Both the position numbers and the translations under genes were made by a program. A stretch of DNA of 64,000 bases, from assembly GCA_001875345.1 (NCBI GenBank), contig MIZA01000012.1, positions 25,656 to 89,655 on the forward strand, read 5' to 3'. Below are positions 33,870 through 43,126 of this stretch, one piece after another. Below the pieces are notes generated by a model that had not been told where the DNA came from, did no database searches, and worked only from the letters and a program-made list of their open reading frames with translations. Numbering within the stretch: the first letter of the stretch is position 1; each line of letters begins with the position of its first letter. This stretch comes from Marine Group III euryarchaeote CG-Epi1 (GTDB taxonomy: Archaea; Thermoplasmatota; Poseidoniia; MGIII; CG-Epi1).

Positions 33870-35183
33870 GTTTTTGAAAAGTATCCACGGACTAGTCAAC
33901 TGGCGTTGAGCTTCTTTTGATGTTAAACTCTCAGATAAAATCTTTTGGAGTTCAGGTTTCCTTTGGGCCTTACCAATAAACCAATTTATCAACCATTTTT
34001 TTCTAGTATAGTTTTGGATTTTGAAAGAATTTGTTAACTCTTTACCTAGTATCTCCCAAATCTCTTTTTGGTAATTTTCTCCGCATTCTAGATTAAAGTT
34101 ATTTCTGTTTTCTTTGAAATGCTTCACAGCAATTTTTGCAGATAGAAGGGCATTACCTATCCCTTCTCCAGTAAAAGGATCTACAAGACTTCCAGAATCT
34201 CCTACTAGAAGGCAACCATTGCCAAACATTCTTCTTAGTTTCACCTTATCCTTTCTCGGTGAACCCAACGGTAATTGCCATGCTTTTCCACTATCTTTTA
34301 CTAATTTAGCGTTCTTAAATCGAGATGCAAACTTTTCATCTATTATGTATTTTTGGAGTTCTTTTAATTTCATTTCTTTATTCTTAAAATCCTTAAGTGT
34401 AATTCCTAAGCCTACATTGCATGTATTGTCGCCAACTGGAAAAATCCAAAAATATCCTGGAATAACTCCATCCACATAGTGGAATTCTATAGCTCCTTTT
34501 TCATAATCGACGCCATCTACACCTTTCCAATATTCTCTAAATGAAGTACTCCAATGCTCCTTTTTGATAAATTCCTCACCATTAATTTCAGATATGATTG
34601 TTTTAGCAACAGGACAGTTCACACCTCCGGCACCTATAGTTATTGGAGCGTAGAATTCTTTCTCGTTAGCTCCATTTTTACCTTTTACTCCAATTATTCT
34701 ATTATTGTCTTCATTATCAATTATTAAATTATTAACTCTGAACTTTTGAATTACAAAGCCTCCATTCTTTTCAACTCGATTCTTTGCTTCATTAAATATG
34801 ATCCAATCAAAATTTATTCTTGGATAAACATATCCCGTAGCTTCAGAATCTTTAATTTCAACTTTTACTTTTTCTTCTTTTGTGTTACTAAATATTACAC
34901 TATCAAATATGAAATGTGGGCTTTTTTCAAGGCTTTTTAACATATTCAGTTCTTCTAAGTGCTTTAGAGCTTTTCCACCAACTGCATCTCCACAAACTTT
35001 GTCTCTGGGGAATTCTTCTTTCTCTAGTAGTAAAACCTTGAACCCTTCATTAGCTGCATAACAGGCTGTTGCAGATCCTGCAGGTCCACCTCCCACAATA
35101 ATAATATCGAAATTTACTTCATCATTAGGAACCTTTTTTGTCTCTATATTTCTTTCCCAAAAAATATCAGTTTTGTTCGGCAC
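33858..35183 (-). CDS. Geranylgeranyl reductase-family FAD-dependent oxidoreductase
   Basis: FDIIIVGGGPAGSATACYAA Rossmann motif, GDAVGG..., LVGDSGSLVDPFTGEGIGNAL. GTG start at 35183. Confidence 0.75.
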   Translation of the reverse strand: MPNKTDIFWERNIETKKVPNDEVNFDIIIVGGGPAGSATACYAANEGFKVLLLEKEEFPRDKVCGDAVGGKALKHLEELNMLKSLEKSPHFIFDSVIFSNTKEEKVKVEIKDSEATGYVYPRINFDWIIFNEAKNRVEKNGGFVIQKFRVNNLIIDNEDNNRIIGVKGKNGANEKEFYAPITIGAGGVNCPVAKTIISEINGEEFIKKEHWSTSFREYWKGVDGVDYEKGAIEFHYVDGVIPGYFWIFPVGDNTCNVGLGITLKDFKNKEMKLKELQKYIIDEKFASRFKNAKLVKDSGKAWQLPLGSPRKDKVKLRRMFGNGCLLVGDSGSLVDPFTGEGIGNALLSAKIAVKHFKENRNNFNLECGENYQKEIWEILGKELTNSFKIQNYTRKKWLINWFIGKAQRKPELQKILSESLTSKEAQRQLTSPWILFKNLVF

Positions 35184-35257
35184 AATTTTGTAACTTATTG
35201 GCGATTAATAAGTGTTTTCAGTATAGCAATACAAATTTTAAGACCTCTGCTAATCTC

Positions 35258-36379
35258 ATGTTAATGGCAGTAGCTTCTAATGCTAATAATTCTAAAAAAC
35301 ATAGAATAATTGGCGCAGGCCTTTCTGGACTTTCTGCAGCAATTAACTTTGCTAAGAATGATGAGAAAGTTGTTATTCATGAATCAAGAGAAGCTGTTGG
35401 CATGCAGTTCCATCCTAATTATCAAGTTTTACTAAAGGAAAGTCCAGATACGCCTTCCTCTGAAGCAGGAGCTAAAGAATATCTAAATAGATGGGGATTA
35501 AATCCTAAATTTACGTTTAAAAATGCGAAAAAATTTATCTGTTCTACTGAAAAGAGAGATTTTACAATTTCTTTGAAAGAGCCACTGCCTTTGATTCTAA
35601 GGGGCGGTGAGAATTCTCTTGAGAGAGGACTTGCTAATGAGGCCAAAGATCTAGGTGTTGAATTTAAGTATAAATCAAGGCCTAAGCCAAAAGCAGGCGA
35701 CATCCTTTCCACAGGTCCAAAGCGTACAGATATGGTTGCTTTTGGAGCATATTATGAAAATTCAGATTTTCCTAGAGATCAGTTTTTGTACATGCACGAT
35801 GAAAAATATTCGCCAAGAGGCTGGTATCTGTATGTAATTCCGATGGATGATGATACTATTAAAATTATGAATTGTTGTTCAAAGCCCTACGCAAAACAAG
35901 TTAGGAAATTGTTGTACAAGGCAGTTGAAGAGCGAGATATTTTGAGAAATATTGTTGATGGTGCAAAACCTACAGGCACTGTCGGAGGCCAAGGCGGTGT
36001 CGATTTCCCTAAGACTGCAATTAAGGACGGAGTTTACCACACTGGTGAAGCTGCAGGTTTTCAAGATCCTTGGAGAGGATTTGGAATGAATTATGCGATC
36101 GAATCTGGAGCTCTTGCTCAGAGGGCAATATCCGAATCCTTAGATTATGATAAATTATGGAAAAAACAGTTTCATCAAAGGAAGAAAGCAGATATTGCTC
36201 GTAGAGGAATATTCGCACTTCTTGGTAACCGGGCATTCGAATATGGTATGAGGAAAGTTAAGGATGGAGACGAAGTTGATTGGGAAGAGATTAATCCTAG
36301 CGGTTGGAAAAAATCACTAATTTACAACACTTTTTACTCAATGGAGATGGCTAAGAAAACAATGTGGGATTCTTGGTAA
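35258..36379 (+). CDS. FAD/NAD(P)-binding oxidoreductase (geranylgeranyl reductase-like paralogue)
   Basis: HRIIGAGLSGLSAAINFAKN dinucleotide fold and HTGEAAGFQDPWRGFGMNYA. I place the start at the ATG at 35258. The track ORF's 40-codon N-extension overlaps the divergent gene and has no fold motif. Confidence 0.6.
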   Translation: MLMAVASNANNSKKHRIIGAGLSGLSAAINFAKNDEKVVIHESREAVGMQFHPNYQVLLKESPDTPSSEAGAKEYLNRWGLNPKFTFKNAKKFICSTEKRDFTISLKEPLPLILRGGENSLERGLANEAKDLGVEFKYKSRPKPKAGDILSTGPKRTDMVAFGAYYENSDFPRDQFLYMHDEKYSPRGWYLYVIPMDDDTIKIMNCCSKPYAKQVRKLLYKAVEERDILRNIVDGAKPTGTVGGQGGVDFPKTAIKDGVYHTGEAAGFQDPWRGFGMNYAIESGALAQRAISESLDYDKLWKKQFHQRKKADIARRGIFALLGNRAFEYGMRKVKDGDEVDWEEINPSGWKKSLIYNTFYSMEMAKKTMWDSW

Positions 36380-36582
36380 TGGATCTCACTGGTCTAGTAT
36401 CATATATTATTTCAGCATTTTCAGTATTGGCGGGAATTGCTATTTTCTTTGGTAATGAGGAATATATTGTTCCAGCCTCAGGCCGTTCTCTTCGATTACC
36501 TTGTTCCTTTCTTTTTTGGTTCTTGGCTTTGATTTTTTGGGCCATGGCTGTCAAAGTAGAGGATGACGATAGTATAATATAA
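36379..36582 (+). CDS. Small two-helix membrane protein (hypothetical)
   Basis: The ATG at 36379 forms a TAATG overlap with the preceding stop. It has two hydrophobic helices and an acidic tail. Confidence 0.35.
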   Translation: MDLTGLVSYIISAFSVLAGIAIFFGNEEYIVPASGRSLRLPCSFLFWFLALIFWAMAVKVEDDDSII

Positions 36583-36602
36583 TCAATTCTTTAGTCAAAA
36601 AT

Positions 36603-38855
36603 ATGTCGGATTTTGGTGTGATTCGTAATTATTATTCTCAAATGCCTGAGAAGATAGAGCAGGCTAGACACATCTTGAAGCGTTCGATGACATTAACAGA
36701 AAAGATTCTTTTTAGTCATTTAGTTAAAATTGAAAAGGAGCCAAAGAGAACAAAGTCGTATGTTGAATTACAGCCAGATAGAGTGGCAATGCAAGATGCT
36801 ACAGCTCAAATGGCATTACTTCAGTTCGCTCTAACAGGGCGTTCGGAAGTTGCAGTCCCTTCAACAGTCCATTGCGATCATTTGATTCAAGCGAGAGTAG
36901 GAAAAGAAAAAGATTTGGAATATGCCAATGAAATAAGCTCAGAAGTCTTTTCTTTCTTGAAATCAGCTTCAGCAAAATATGGTCTTGGTTTTTGGAAGCC
37001 AGGAGCTGGTATTATCCACCAAGTTGTTCTTGAGAATTATGCATTCCCTGGCGGAATGATGATTGGTACAGACTCCCATACACCAAATGCGGGAGGTCTA
37101 GGGATGGTTGCAATAGGTGTAGGAGGAGCCGATGCTATGGAAGTCATGGCAGATTTACCTTTTACAATTAAATGGCCAGGAATTATTGGAGTTCATTTAA
37201 CTGGTGAACTATCTGGTTGGGCTTCCGCTAAAGATGTTATCTTGAAAGTTTGTGAAGAATTAACCGTTAAAGGAGGTACAGGCCACATTGTAGAATATTT
37301 TGGCCCGGGAGCCTCTACAATATCTTCAACAGGTAAAGGTACAATTTGTAATATGGGTGCTGAAGTTGGAGCTACGACTTCACTTTTCCCTTATGATAGT
37401 TCTATGGATGATTATCTTAGAGCAACAAATAGATCAGAGGTTGCAGATATGGCTAAAGATTTTTCTGAATATCTAGTTCCAGATGCAGAAGTTGAGGCTA
37501 ATCCTTCGCAGTACTATGATAGAATTATTGAAATTAATTTATCTGAATTAGTTCCGGCAATAGTTGGTCCGCATACTCCGGATTTAGCAAGACCAGTATC
37601 TGAATTAGGAGATGAAGCTAGAGAGAACGGTTGGCCAACTGATATTCAAGCAGCTTTGATTGGCTCTTGTACGAATTCTTCCTACGAAGATATGGAGAGG
37701 GCATCTTCAATTGCACAACAGGCTAAAAATGCAGGTCTAAAATCAAAAGTTCAGTTTATGGTTACACCAGGTTCAGATACTATTGATAATACTATTAGAA
37801 GAGACGGTCAAATGCAAATATTTGATGATATCGGAGGAACTGTATTGGCAAATGCATGCGGGCCATGTATTGGTCAATGGAAAAGAGACGATATTGATAG
37901 TGGAGATGTGAATTCTATTGTTTCTTCTTACAACCGTAATTTTAGTGGCAGAAATGATGGCAATCATCAAACATTATCTTTCCTTACAAGTCCAGAAATA
38001 GTTACAGCTATGGCAATTGCAGGTAGCTTAGATTTCAATCCCATTACAGACAAGTTAACAGCAGAAGACGGTAGTGAATTTTTACTTGATCCTCCAGAGG
38101 GCGATCAATTGCCTGAAAACGGCTTTTTATTTAATCTAGAAGGATTTATACCACCTCCAAAAGGATTGGATTCAGTTGATTTAGATGTATCTTCTGATAG
38201 TAGAAGATTACAATTATTGGAGCCATTTGTAGCAACCACCAAGGAGGATTTGGAAGATTTGCCGATTTTAGTTAAAGTCAAGGGTAAGTGTACTACAGAT
38301 CACATTTCTCCAGCAGGAATTTGGTTACAATTTAGGGGTCACTTGGATAATATTTCAGACAATTGTTACATTGGAGCGCATAATTCCTTCACAGAAGAGC
38401 AAGGTACTGCAATCAACCAGCTAGATGGCAATAAGGGAAAAATTCCAAAGGTTGCACGTAATTATTATGAAAATGATCAGCCGTGGGCAGTTATAGCAGA
38501 TGTCAATTACGGTGAAGGAAGTAGCAGAGAACATGCAGCCATGTCTCCTAGATTTTTAGGATGTAAGGTTGTCATTGCAAGAAGTATGGCACGTATTGCA
38601 GAGACTAATCTGAAGAAACAAGGAGTTTTACCTTTAATTTTTGCAGATGAGTCTTCTTGGGATTTATTGAGAGTAGATGATAGATTAACCATCAAAGGAA
38701 CTGATGAACTAGGTCCAAACTCTCAAATTACTGTAGAAGCAAAGCACAGCGATGGAACTATGGATACTTTCGTTTGTAATCACAGTATGGATGAACTTCA
38801 AGTTGAATGGTTTAAATCAGGTTCAGCTTTGAATTTTTTAAGATCGCAGAATTAA
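36603..38855 (+). CDS. acnA: Aconitate hydratase (about 750 aa, mitochondrial-type length)
   Basis: ...QPDRVAMQDATAQMA..., GTDSHTPNAGGLG, CTNSSYEDM, ANACGPCIGQW and YGEGSSREHAA are the three Fe-S Cys ligands and aconitase signatures. Confidence 0.9.
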   Translation: MSDFGVIRNYYSQMPEKIEQARHILKRSMTLTEKILFSHLVKIEKEPKRTKSYVELQPDRVAMQDATAQMALLQFALTGRSEVAVPSTVHCDHLIQARVGKEKDLEYANEISSEVFSFLKSASAKYGLGFWKPGAGIIHQVVLENYAFPGGMMIGTDSHTPNAGGLGMVAIGVGGADAMEVMADLPFTIKWPGIIGVHLTGELSGWASAKDVILKVCEELTVKGGTGHIVEYFGPGASTISSTGKGTICNMGAEVGATTSLFPYDSSMDDYLRATNRSEVADMAKDFSEYLVPDAEVEANPSQYYDRIIEINLSELVPAIVGPHTPDLARPVSELGDEARENGWPTDIQAALIGSCTNSSYEDMERASSIAQQAKNAGLKSKVQFMVTPGSDTIDNTIRRDGQMQIFDDIGGTVLANACGPCIGQWKRDDIDSGDVNSIVSSYNRNFSGRNDGNHQTLSFLTSPEIVTAMAIAGSLDFNPITDKLTAEDGSEFLLDPPEGDQLPENGFLFNLEGFIPPPKGLDSVDLDVSSDSRRLQLLEPFVATTKEDLEDLPILVKVKGKCTTDHISPAGIWLQFRGHLDNISDNCYIGAHNSFTEEQGTAINQLDGNKGKIPKVARNYYENDQPWAVIADVNYGEGSSREHAAMSPRFLGCKVVIARSMARIAETNLKKQGVLPLIFADESSWDLLRVDDRLTIKGTDELGPNSQITVEAKHSDGTMDTFVCNHSMDELQVEWFKSGSALNFLRSQN

Positions 38856-39814
38856 AAGGCTGAGTGATTTACACCCTTTCCGTTTTCTACTGAACCGATA
38901 ACTTGAGCATGTTTTCCAAGTATTGATACAGATTTCTCAGCGTCAGCTTTGTCAATAATAATAATCATCCCCATTCCCATGTTAAACGTTCGATACATTT
39001 CCTTAGTTTCAATATTACCTTTTTCTTGTAACCAATCAAATACAGAAGGAACTGGTAGAGGGTTATCGATTACATACTGAAAATTATCATTTATTCGACT
39101 AATATTATCTAAACCTCCTCCTGTAATGTGAGCAATTCCATTAACATTCACTTGATTAATTAATTCCATAACTTCCTTGACATAAATTCTCGTGGGTTCA
39201 ACTAATTTCTTTCCTAACTCTTTGTCACCGTCAAATAATTTACGAATTAGTGTATATCCATTAGAATGTGGTCCGCTAGACTCAAGACCGATTAGAGTAT
39301 TACCTTCAGCTATTTTTGTCCCATCTATTATTTTATTTTGTTTAACGTAGCCAACAGATGTTCCAGCAATATCAAAACCATGGACTAATTCGGGAAGAAT
39401 AGCCGTTTCACCACCAGATAAGGTACAGTTAGATTGCTTACATCCTTCTGCCAAGCCCATTCCAATCTTAGCCATTAATTCTTCATCTGGCTTGTCTAAA
39501 GCTACATAGTCCACAAAACTTAATGGTTCAGCACCAACACAAATTAGGTCATTTGTATTCATTGCAACGCAGTCTATTCCGACAGTATGAATTGAGTCCA
39601 TTTCTTCTGCCAGCAATAATTTGCTACCTACGCCGTCAGTACACATTGCCAATGCACCATCACCAAGTTTTACTAATCCTGCAAATCCATTATCTAGTCT
39701 TATAGCTTCGCCGTCGCCTTTTCTATTGACTCCTTTAATTTGGGCAATAAGAGCTTCAGTAGCTCTTTCACTTGCATCAATATCTACGCCAGCTTCAGAG
39801 TATGTGCTTACCAT
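38852..39814 (-). CDS. purM: Phosphoribosylformylglycinamidine cyclo-ligase (AIR synthase)
   Basis: YSEAGVDIDA..., CTDGVGSKLLLA, VAMNTNDLICVGAEPL and ITGGG match PurM. Confidence 0.9.
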   Translation of the reverse strand: MVSTYSEAGVDIDASERATEALIAQIKGVNRKGDGEAIRLDNGFAGLVKLGDGALAMCTDGVGSKLLLAEEMDSIHTVGIDCVAMNTNDLICVGAEPLSFVDYVALDKPDEELMAKIGMGLAEGCKQSNCTLSGGETAILPELVHGFDIAGTSVGYVKQNKIIDGTKIAEGNTLIGLESSGPHSNGYTLIRKLFDGDKELGKKLVEPTRIYVKEVMELINQVNVNGIAHITGGGLDNISRINDNFQYVIDNPLPVPSVFDWLQEKGNIETKEMYRTFNMGMGMIIIIDKADAEKSVSILGKHAQVIGSVENGKGVNHSAF

Positions 39815-39819
39815 ATTGT

Positions 39820-41052
39820 TTACATCTTAGCGTAATAATTTTGTACAACTGTACTAACTTGTCCAATATCATCAATGTTACGTTGAACTAATGATTCAAG
39901 AATTTTCTGTCTATTTTGAGCCATCTCATCAAACTGTCTTGGCGCAACACCTGCAGCTTTAGATATTCGCTCACGTAGTTTACTTGGAACTCCAGTTTCT
40001 TCTAATTGATTGGATTGTCCGTTCCATTTGAATAAGGTATTTAGCCTTGGTTTACTACCTTCTAAACCAGCTAATTCAGAAACCTCAGTAATAGTTCGAA
40101 TTTGTTTTCCATTGACATTTATTCTACTTTGCATTATGATTAAATGCAAAGCATTCATCATTATTGGAGGAACTTCCATAGGGGGATTGATTAGTCTTGA
40201 TACAGTCTCTTGTGCAGTATTTGCGTGAACAGTACCAAAACATCCATCGTGACCAGTATTCATTGCAGTAAAGAGAGTTTTAGCCTCTGGTCCTCTTACT
40301 TCACCTACAATTATCCTGTCAGGCCTCATACGTAATGTATTTTTCAGTAAAGAATCCATATCTACTTCAGGTTCTTCAGGTTTTGTTGAGTTAAATGTTT
40401 CAAGTTGAACATGATGTTCATGCTTTAATTGAACTTCAGTCACATCTTCAATAGTAATTAATCTATCTTTTGAAGGAATAAATAATCCCAACACATTCAA
40501 AGTTGTAGTTTTACCAGATCCTGTACCGCCTGCAACTAAAATATTAGATGGAGCAGAACCCATTCCATCAGCAAACATCCATAATAGTGAAGCTAGTCTT
40601 GGAGACATAGTTCCAAATTTCATTAAATTAACAACAGTTAGCGGATCATTCATCTGCTTTCTAATTGTCATTGTTGGACCGTTAGGAGAAACCGGCGGAA
40701 TTGTAGCATTTACACGACTTCCATCAGGTAATCTTCCGTCTAACAATAAATTTCCAGGGCCTACTTTTCTACCAACATATTTTCCAACTTTTTGAATTAT
40801 TGCAGTAGCTTCCTCACTAGTTAGTTTCACATTTGTTACACACATACCATGTTTTCTATGAGCAACCATCACAGCTTTATCTGGATGATTGTACATAATT
40901 TCTTCAAGATTGTCGTCATCTAGCAATGGCTTTAGAGCACCATAGCTTGGAGATTTGACAGCTTTTGTCACCTGGTAAAGTGGTCGCTCAGCATCAGGTC
41001 TTTCGACGATGTTGGCAGTCGGGTATTGTTCGATTATTCGTCCTTGTTGCAT
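39820..41052 (-). CDS. Type II/IV secretion-family ATPase (compact TadA/CpaF/PilB-like)
   Basis: Walker A VAGGTGSGKTTTLN, LRMRPDRIIVGEVRGPEA and GHDGCFGTVHAN. I place the start at the ATG at 41052 (MQQGRIIEQYP...), 2 nt after the upstream stop. The track start at 41127 overlaps the upstream gene. Confidence 0.85.
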   Translation of the reverse strand: MQQGRIIEQYPTANIVERPDAERPLYQVTKAVKSPSYGALKPLLDDDNLEEIMYNHPDKAVMVAHRKHGMCVTNVKLTSEEATAIIQKVGKYVGRKVGPGNLLLDGRLPDGSRVNATIPPVSPNGPTMTIRKQMNDPLTVVNLMKFGTMSPRLASLLWMFADGMGSAPSNILVAGGTGSGKTTTLNVLGLFIPSKDRLITIEDVTEVQLKHEHHVQLETFNSTKPEEPEVDMDSLLKNTLRMRPDRIIVGEVRGPEAKTLFTAMNTGHDGCFGTVHANTAQETVSRLINPPMEVPPIMMNALHLIIMQSRINVNGKQIRTITEVSELAGLEGSKPRLNTLFKWNGQSNQLEETGVPSKLRERISKAAGVAPRQFDEMAQNRQKILESLVQRNIDDIGQVSTVVQNYYAKM

Positions 41053-41054
41053 AT

Positions 41055-41819
41055 TTATACGATTGATATCCTTAGTGCTAGTAATAGTGTAGTAGTAGCT
41101 ATGAACATGTACATTGGCATTCGCCATATTGCAGTTTTAGTTGTTTGTAATATTACAGATTGCATCCAAACACCTCCAGCTCCTAACACCATCATATAGA
41201 AAAATAATGATTGATTCAATAAACTTAGGTCAACATTAAGTTCGAATGAGCCTGCCTTTCCGCTTCCAAATACTGAGACAATTAATCCTAGCAAAATTGG
41301 ACAGATGACTGCACCGCCCCACAGAATGAAATTAGCAGTACTTTGCGTTTTTGTAATTCTTTCTTTTCTGAGCATGTAAATTTCCCAGAATTCTTCTGAG
41401 ATATTTTCAAGAGTAGTTGCAAAGCTTCCAGATGAACCAAGTGCCACATTCAATATACTTACAATTCTTATAATCATTGGAGATTCAGTTTGTTTAGCAA
41501 AGTCTCTCATTGCCATACCGAATCCATCGTCTCTCATTCTCTTTACGGCTTCACGGAGAAATTTACCCATTCGGTCATTTCTTCCAGAAGCAATAGCATC
41601 TAAGGCAGATTCAACACCCATACCAGCACGTAGTTCTTCAGCTAAATCAGCCAAGACATCGGGCCATACAGCTTCCAATTCATTAATTTTATCTTGTTTT
41701 CTTTTAGCAGGAATGTAGAAAAAAGTTCCAATAAGAGCCCAAACGCCCAATCCTATCCAAATGATACCATGCAGTGATGATAATCCATCACCACTTACTA
41801 TGTCCTCTAACAAGCTCAT
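41055..41819 (-). CDS. T2SS-F/TadC-like platform membrane protein (single F domain)
   Basis: WPDVLADLAEELRAGMGVESALDAIASGRNDRMGKFLREAVKRMRDDGFGMAMRDFA is a T2SSF cytoplasmic domain followed by TM helices. Confidence 0.7.
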   Translation of the reverse strand: MSLLEDIVSGDGLSSLHGIIWIGLGVWALIGTFFYIPAKRKQDKINELEAVWPDVLADLAEELRAGMGVESALDAIASGRNDRMGKFLREAVKRMRDDGFGMAMRDFAKQTESPMIIRIVSILNVALGSSGSFATTLENISEEFWEIYMLRKERITKTQSTANFILWGGAVICPILLGLIVSVFGSGKAGSFELNVDLSLLNQSLFFYMMVLGAGGVWMQSVILQTTKTAIWRMPMYMFIATTTLLLALRISIV

Positions 41820-42391
41820 ACTCCAGGCTCCTTTGCTTTAGTTTGAACGATCATTCCAGCTATAATTATGGTTGCTGTAATAAACAATGCAGGGACACAA
41901 ACGTCAGGCATTGTTGGAGTATTTCCTAAAAATCCTCCACCAGAGGCTTTAGCAGATTCTACCAGCCCATTAACAACAGCACCTATTACAACGATAATAG
42001 GAATTAGTATTGAAACAATTATAAATTGTTCAGATGTTGAAGATAAACCTTCAATGAAATTATCTAAATTAACACGCCTTTCTTTAGCCTCTTTTTCGGC
42101 TATAGATCTTAATCTATCAATGACATTAGTGTCTTCTTCGATAGACATAATTAAGCTAGATAGAACTTTTCTTAGTCCTGAGGAATCTGTATTTCGCATT
42201 TGAGTTCTAATAGCGTCACTGAAATTTTTCCCACCTTCAGTATCTCTAAAAATTTGTTTGAAAATTCCACTCAAATCTCCATAGTCTTCATCAGCAACGT
42301 GTTTCATTGCTTCTGCAACACCTACGCCAGATTCTAATAGAACTTCAATTCCTCTAATGGCAAAGAGTAGTTCTTGGTCAACGGTCGCCAT
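41816..42391 (-). CDS. T2SS-F/TadB-like platform membrane protein (single F domain)
   Basis: LLFAIRGIEVLLESGVGVAEAMKHVADEDYGDLSGIFKQIFRDTEGGKNFSDAIR is a T2SSF domain. It overlaps the next platform gene by 4 nt. Confidence 0.7.
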   Translation of the reverse strand: MATVDQELLFAIRGIEVLLESGVGVAEAMKHVADEDYGDLSGIFKQIFRDTEGGKNFSDAIRTQMRNTDSSGLRKVLSSLIMSIEEDTNVIDRLRSIAEKEAKERRVNLDNFIEGLSSTSEQFIIVSILIPIIVVIGAVVNGLVESAKASGGGFLGNTPTMPDVCVPALFITATIIIAGMIVQTKAKEPGV

Positions 42392-42430
42392 AATCTCTCA
42401 ATAAAACCCCATTATAAACTACTTAACTTT

Positions 42431-43126
42431 CTAAATATTTGTATTTTTTAGAAAATCGCGATATGTACTTAAGCTAATATAGAACGAAAAAACCATTGAC
42501 CATTCGCATAGGGCGGTCAAGTTTAGATATATACTTCTTTCAGTGTTAACATCCGGTGGGTTATCCATTCGGTGAAAAAAATCATCCTTCTCGTCTAACA
42601 TTTCTAGGTTGTCTAAAACACTGAATATGGCCATCATTACATAGAAAAACCATCCAGCCATTATCGAATATCTTCTAATTTTATTATCAAGTCCACTTTT
42701 TTTCATTAGATCATAGCTGAAAGTTGCAGAGATTAGGTATGTTGTGAATAAAGTGAATGCTGTAATTCCGTGTAAAACAGGAAATTCTTTCCAATTGAAA
42801 CTTACAGTAATAATTCCACAAACTGAACCAACCGTAGAAATAATTCTGATAGCTTCATTTCCTTTGATGTAGAAATCACCAAGTTCTTCAGCCAATGGTC
42901 TGAATAATCGGTAGATTACCTGAACTATTAGTAAAGTTCCAAACAAGCTAATACCTAGTCCAGTTGAGAAAATACTTTCTTCGGGTTCTGAAAAAGGCAT
43001 TTCAGATATAATTGGTATAAATGGGGCAACTCTTCCACTGGTAGTTGATACGATGTAAGTTGCTATTAGTGTCAATATTCCTAAAATTATACTAAATTCT
43101 AGAAGTAATTTAGCACTATTTTTCAT
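42431..43126 (-). CDS. Hypothetical polytopic membrane protein
   Basis: About six hydrophobic helices. Its start region overlaps the ppdK stop region by 11 nt. No family was recognised. Confidence 0.45.
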   Translation of the reverse strand: MKNSAKLLLEFSIILGILTLIATYIVSTTSGRVAPFIPIISEMPFSEPEESIFSTGLGISLFGTLLIVQVIYRLFRPLAEELGDFYIKGNEAIRIISTVGSVCGIITVSFNWKEFPVLHGITAFTLFTTYLISATFSYDLMKKSGLDNKIRRYSIMAGWFFYVMMAIFSVLDNLEMLDEKDDFFHRMDNPPDVNTERSIYLNLTALCEWSMVFSFYISLSTYRDFLKNTNI

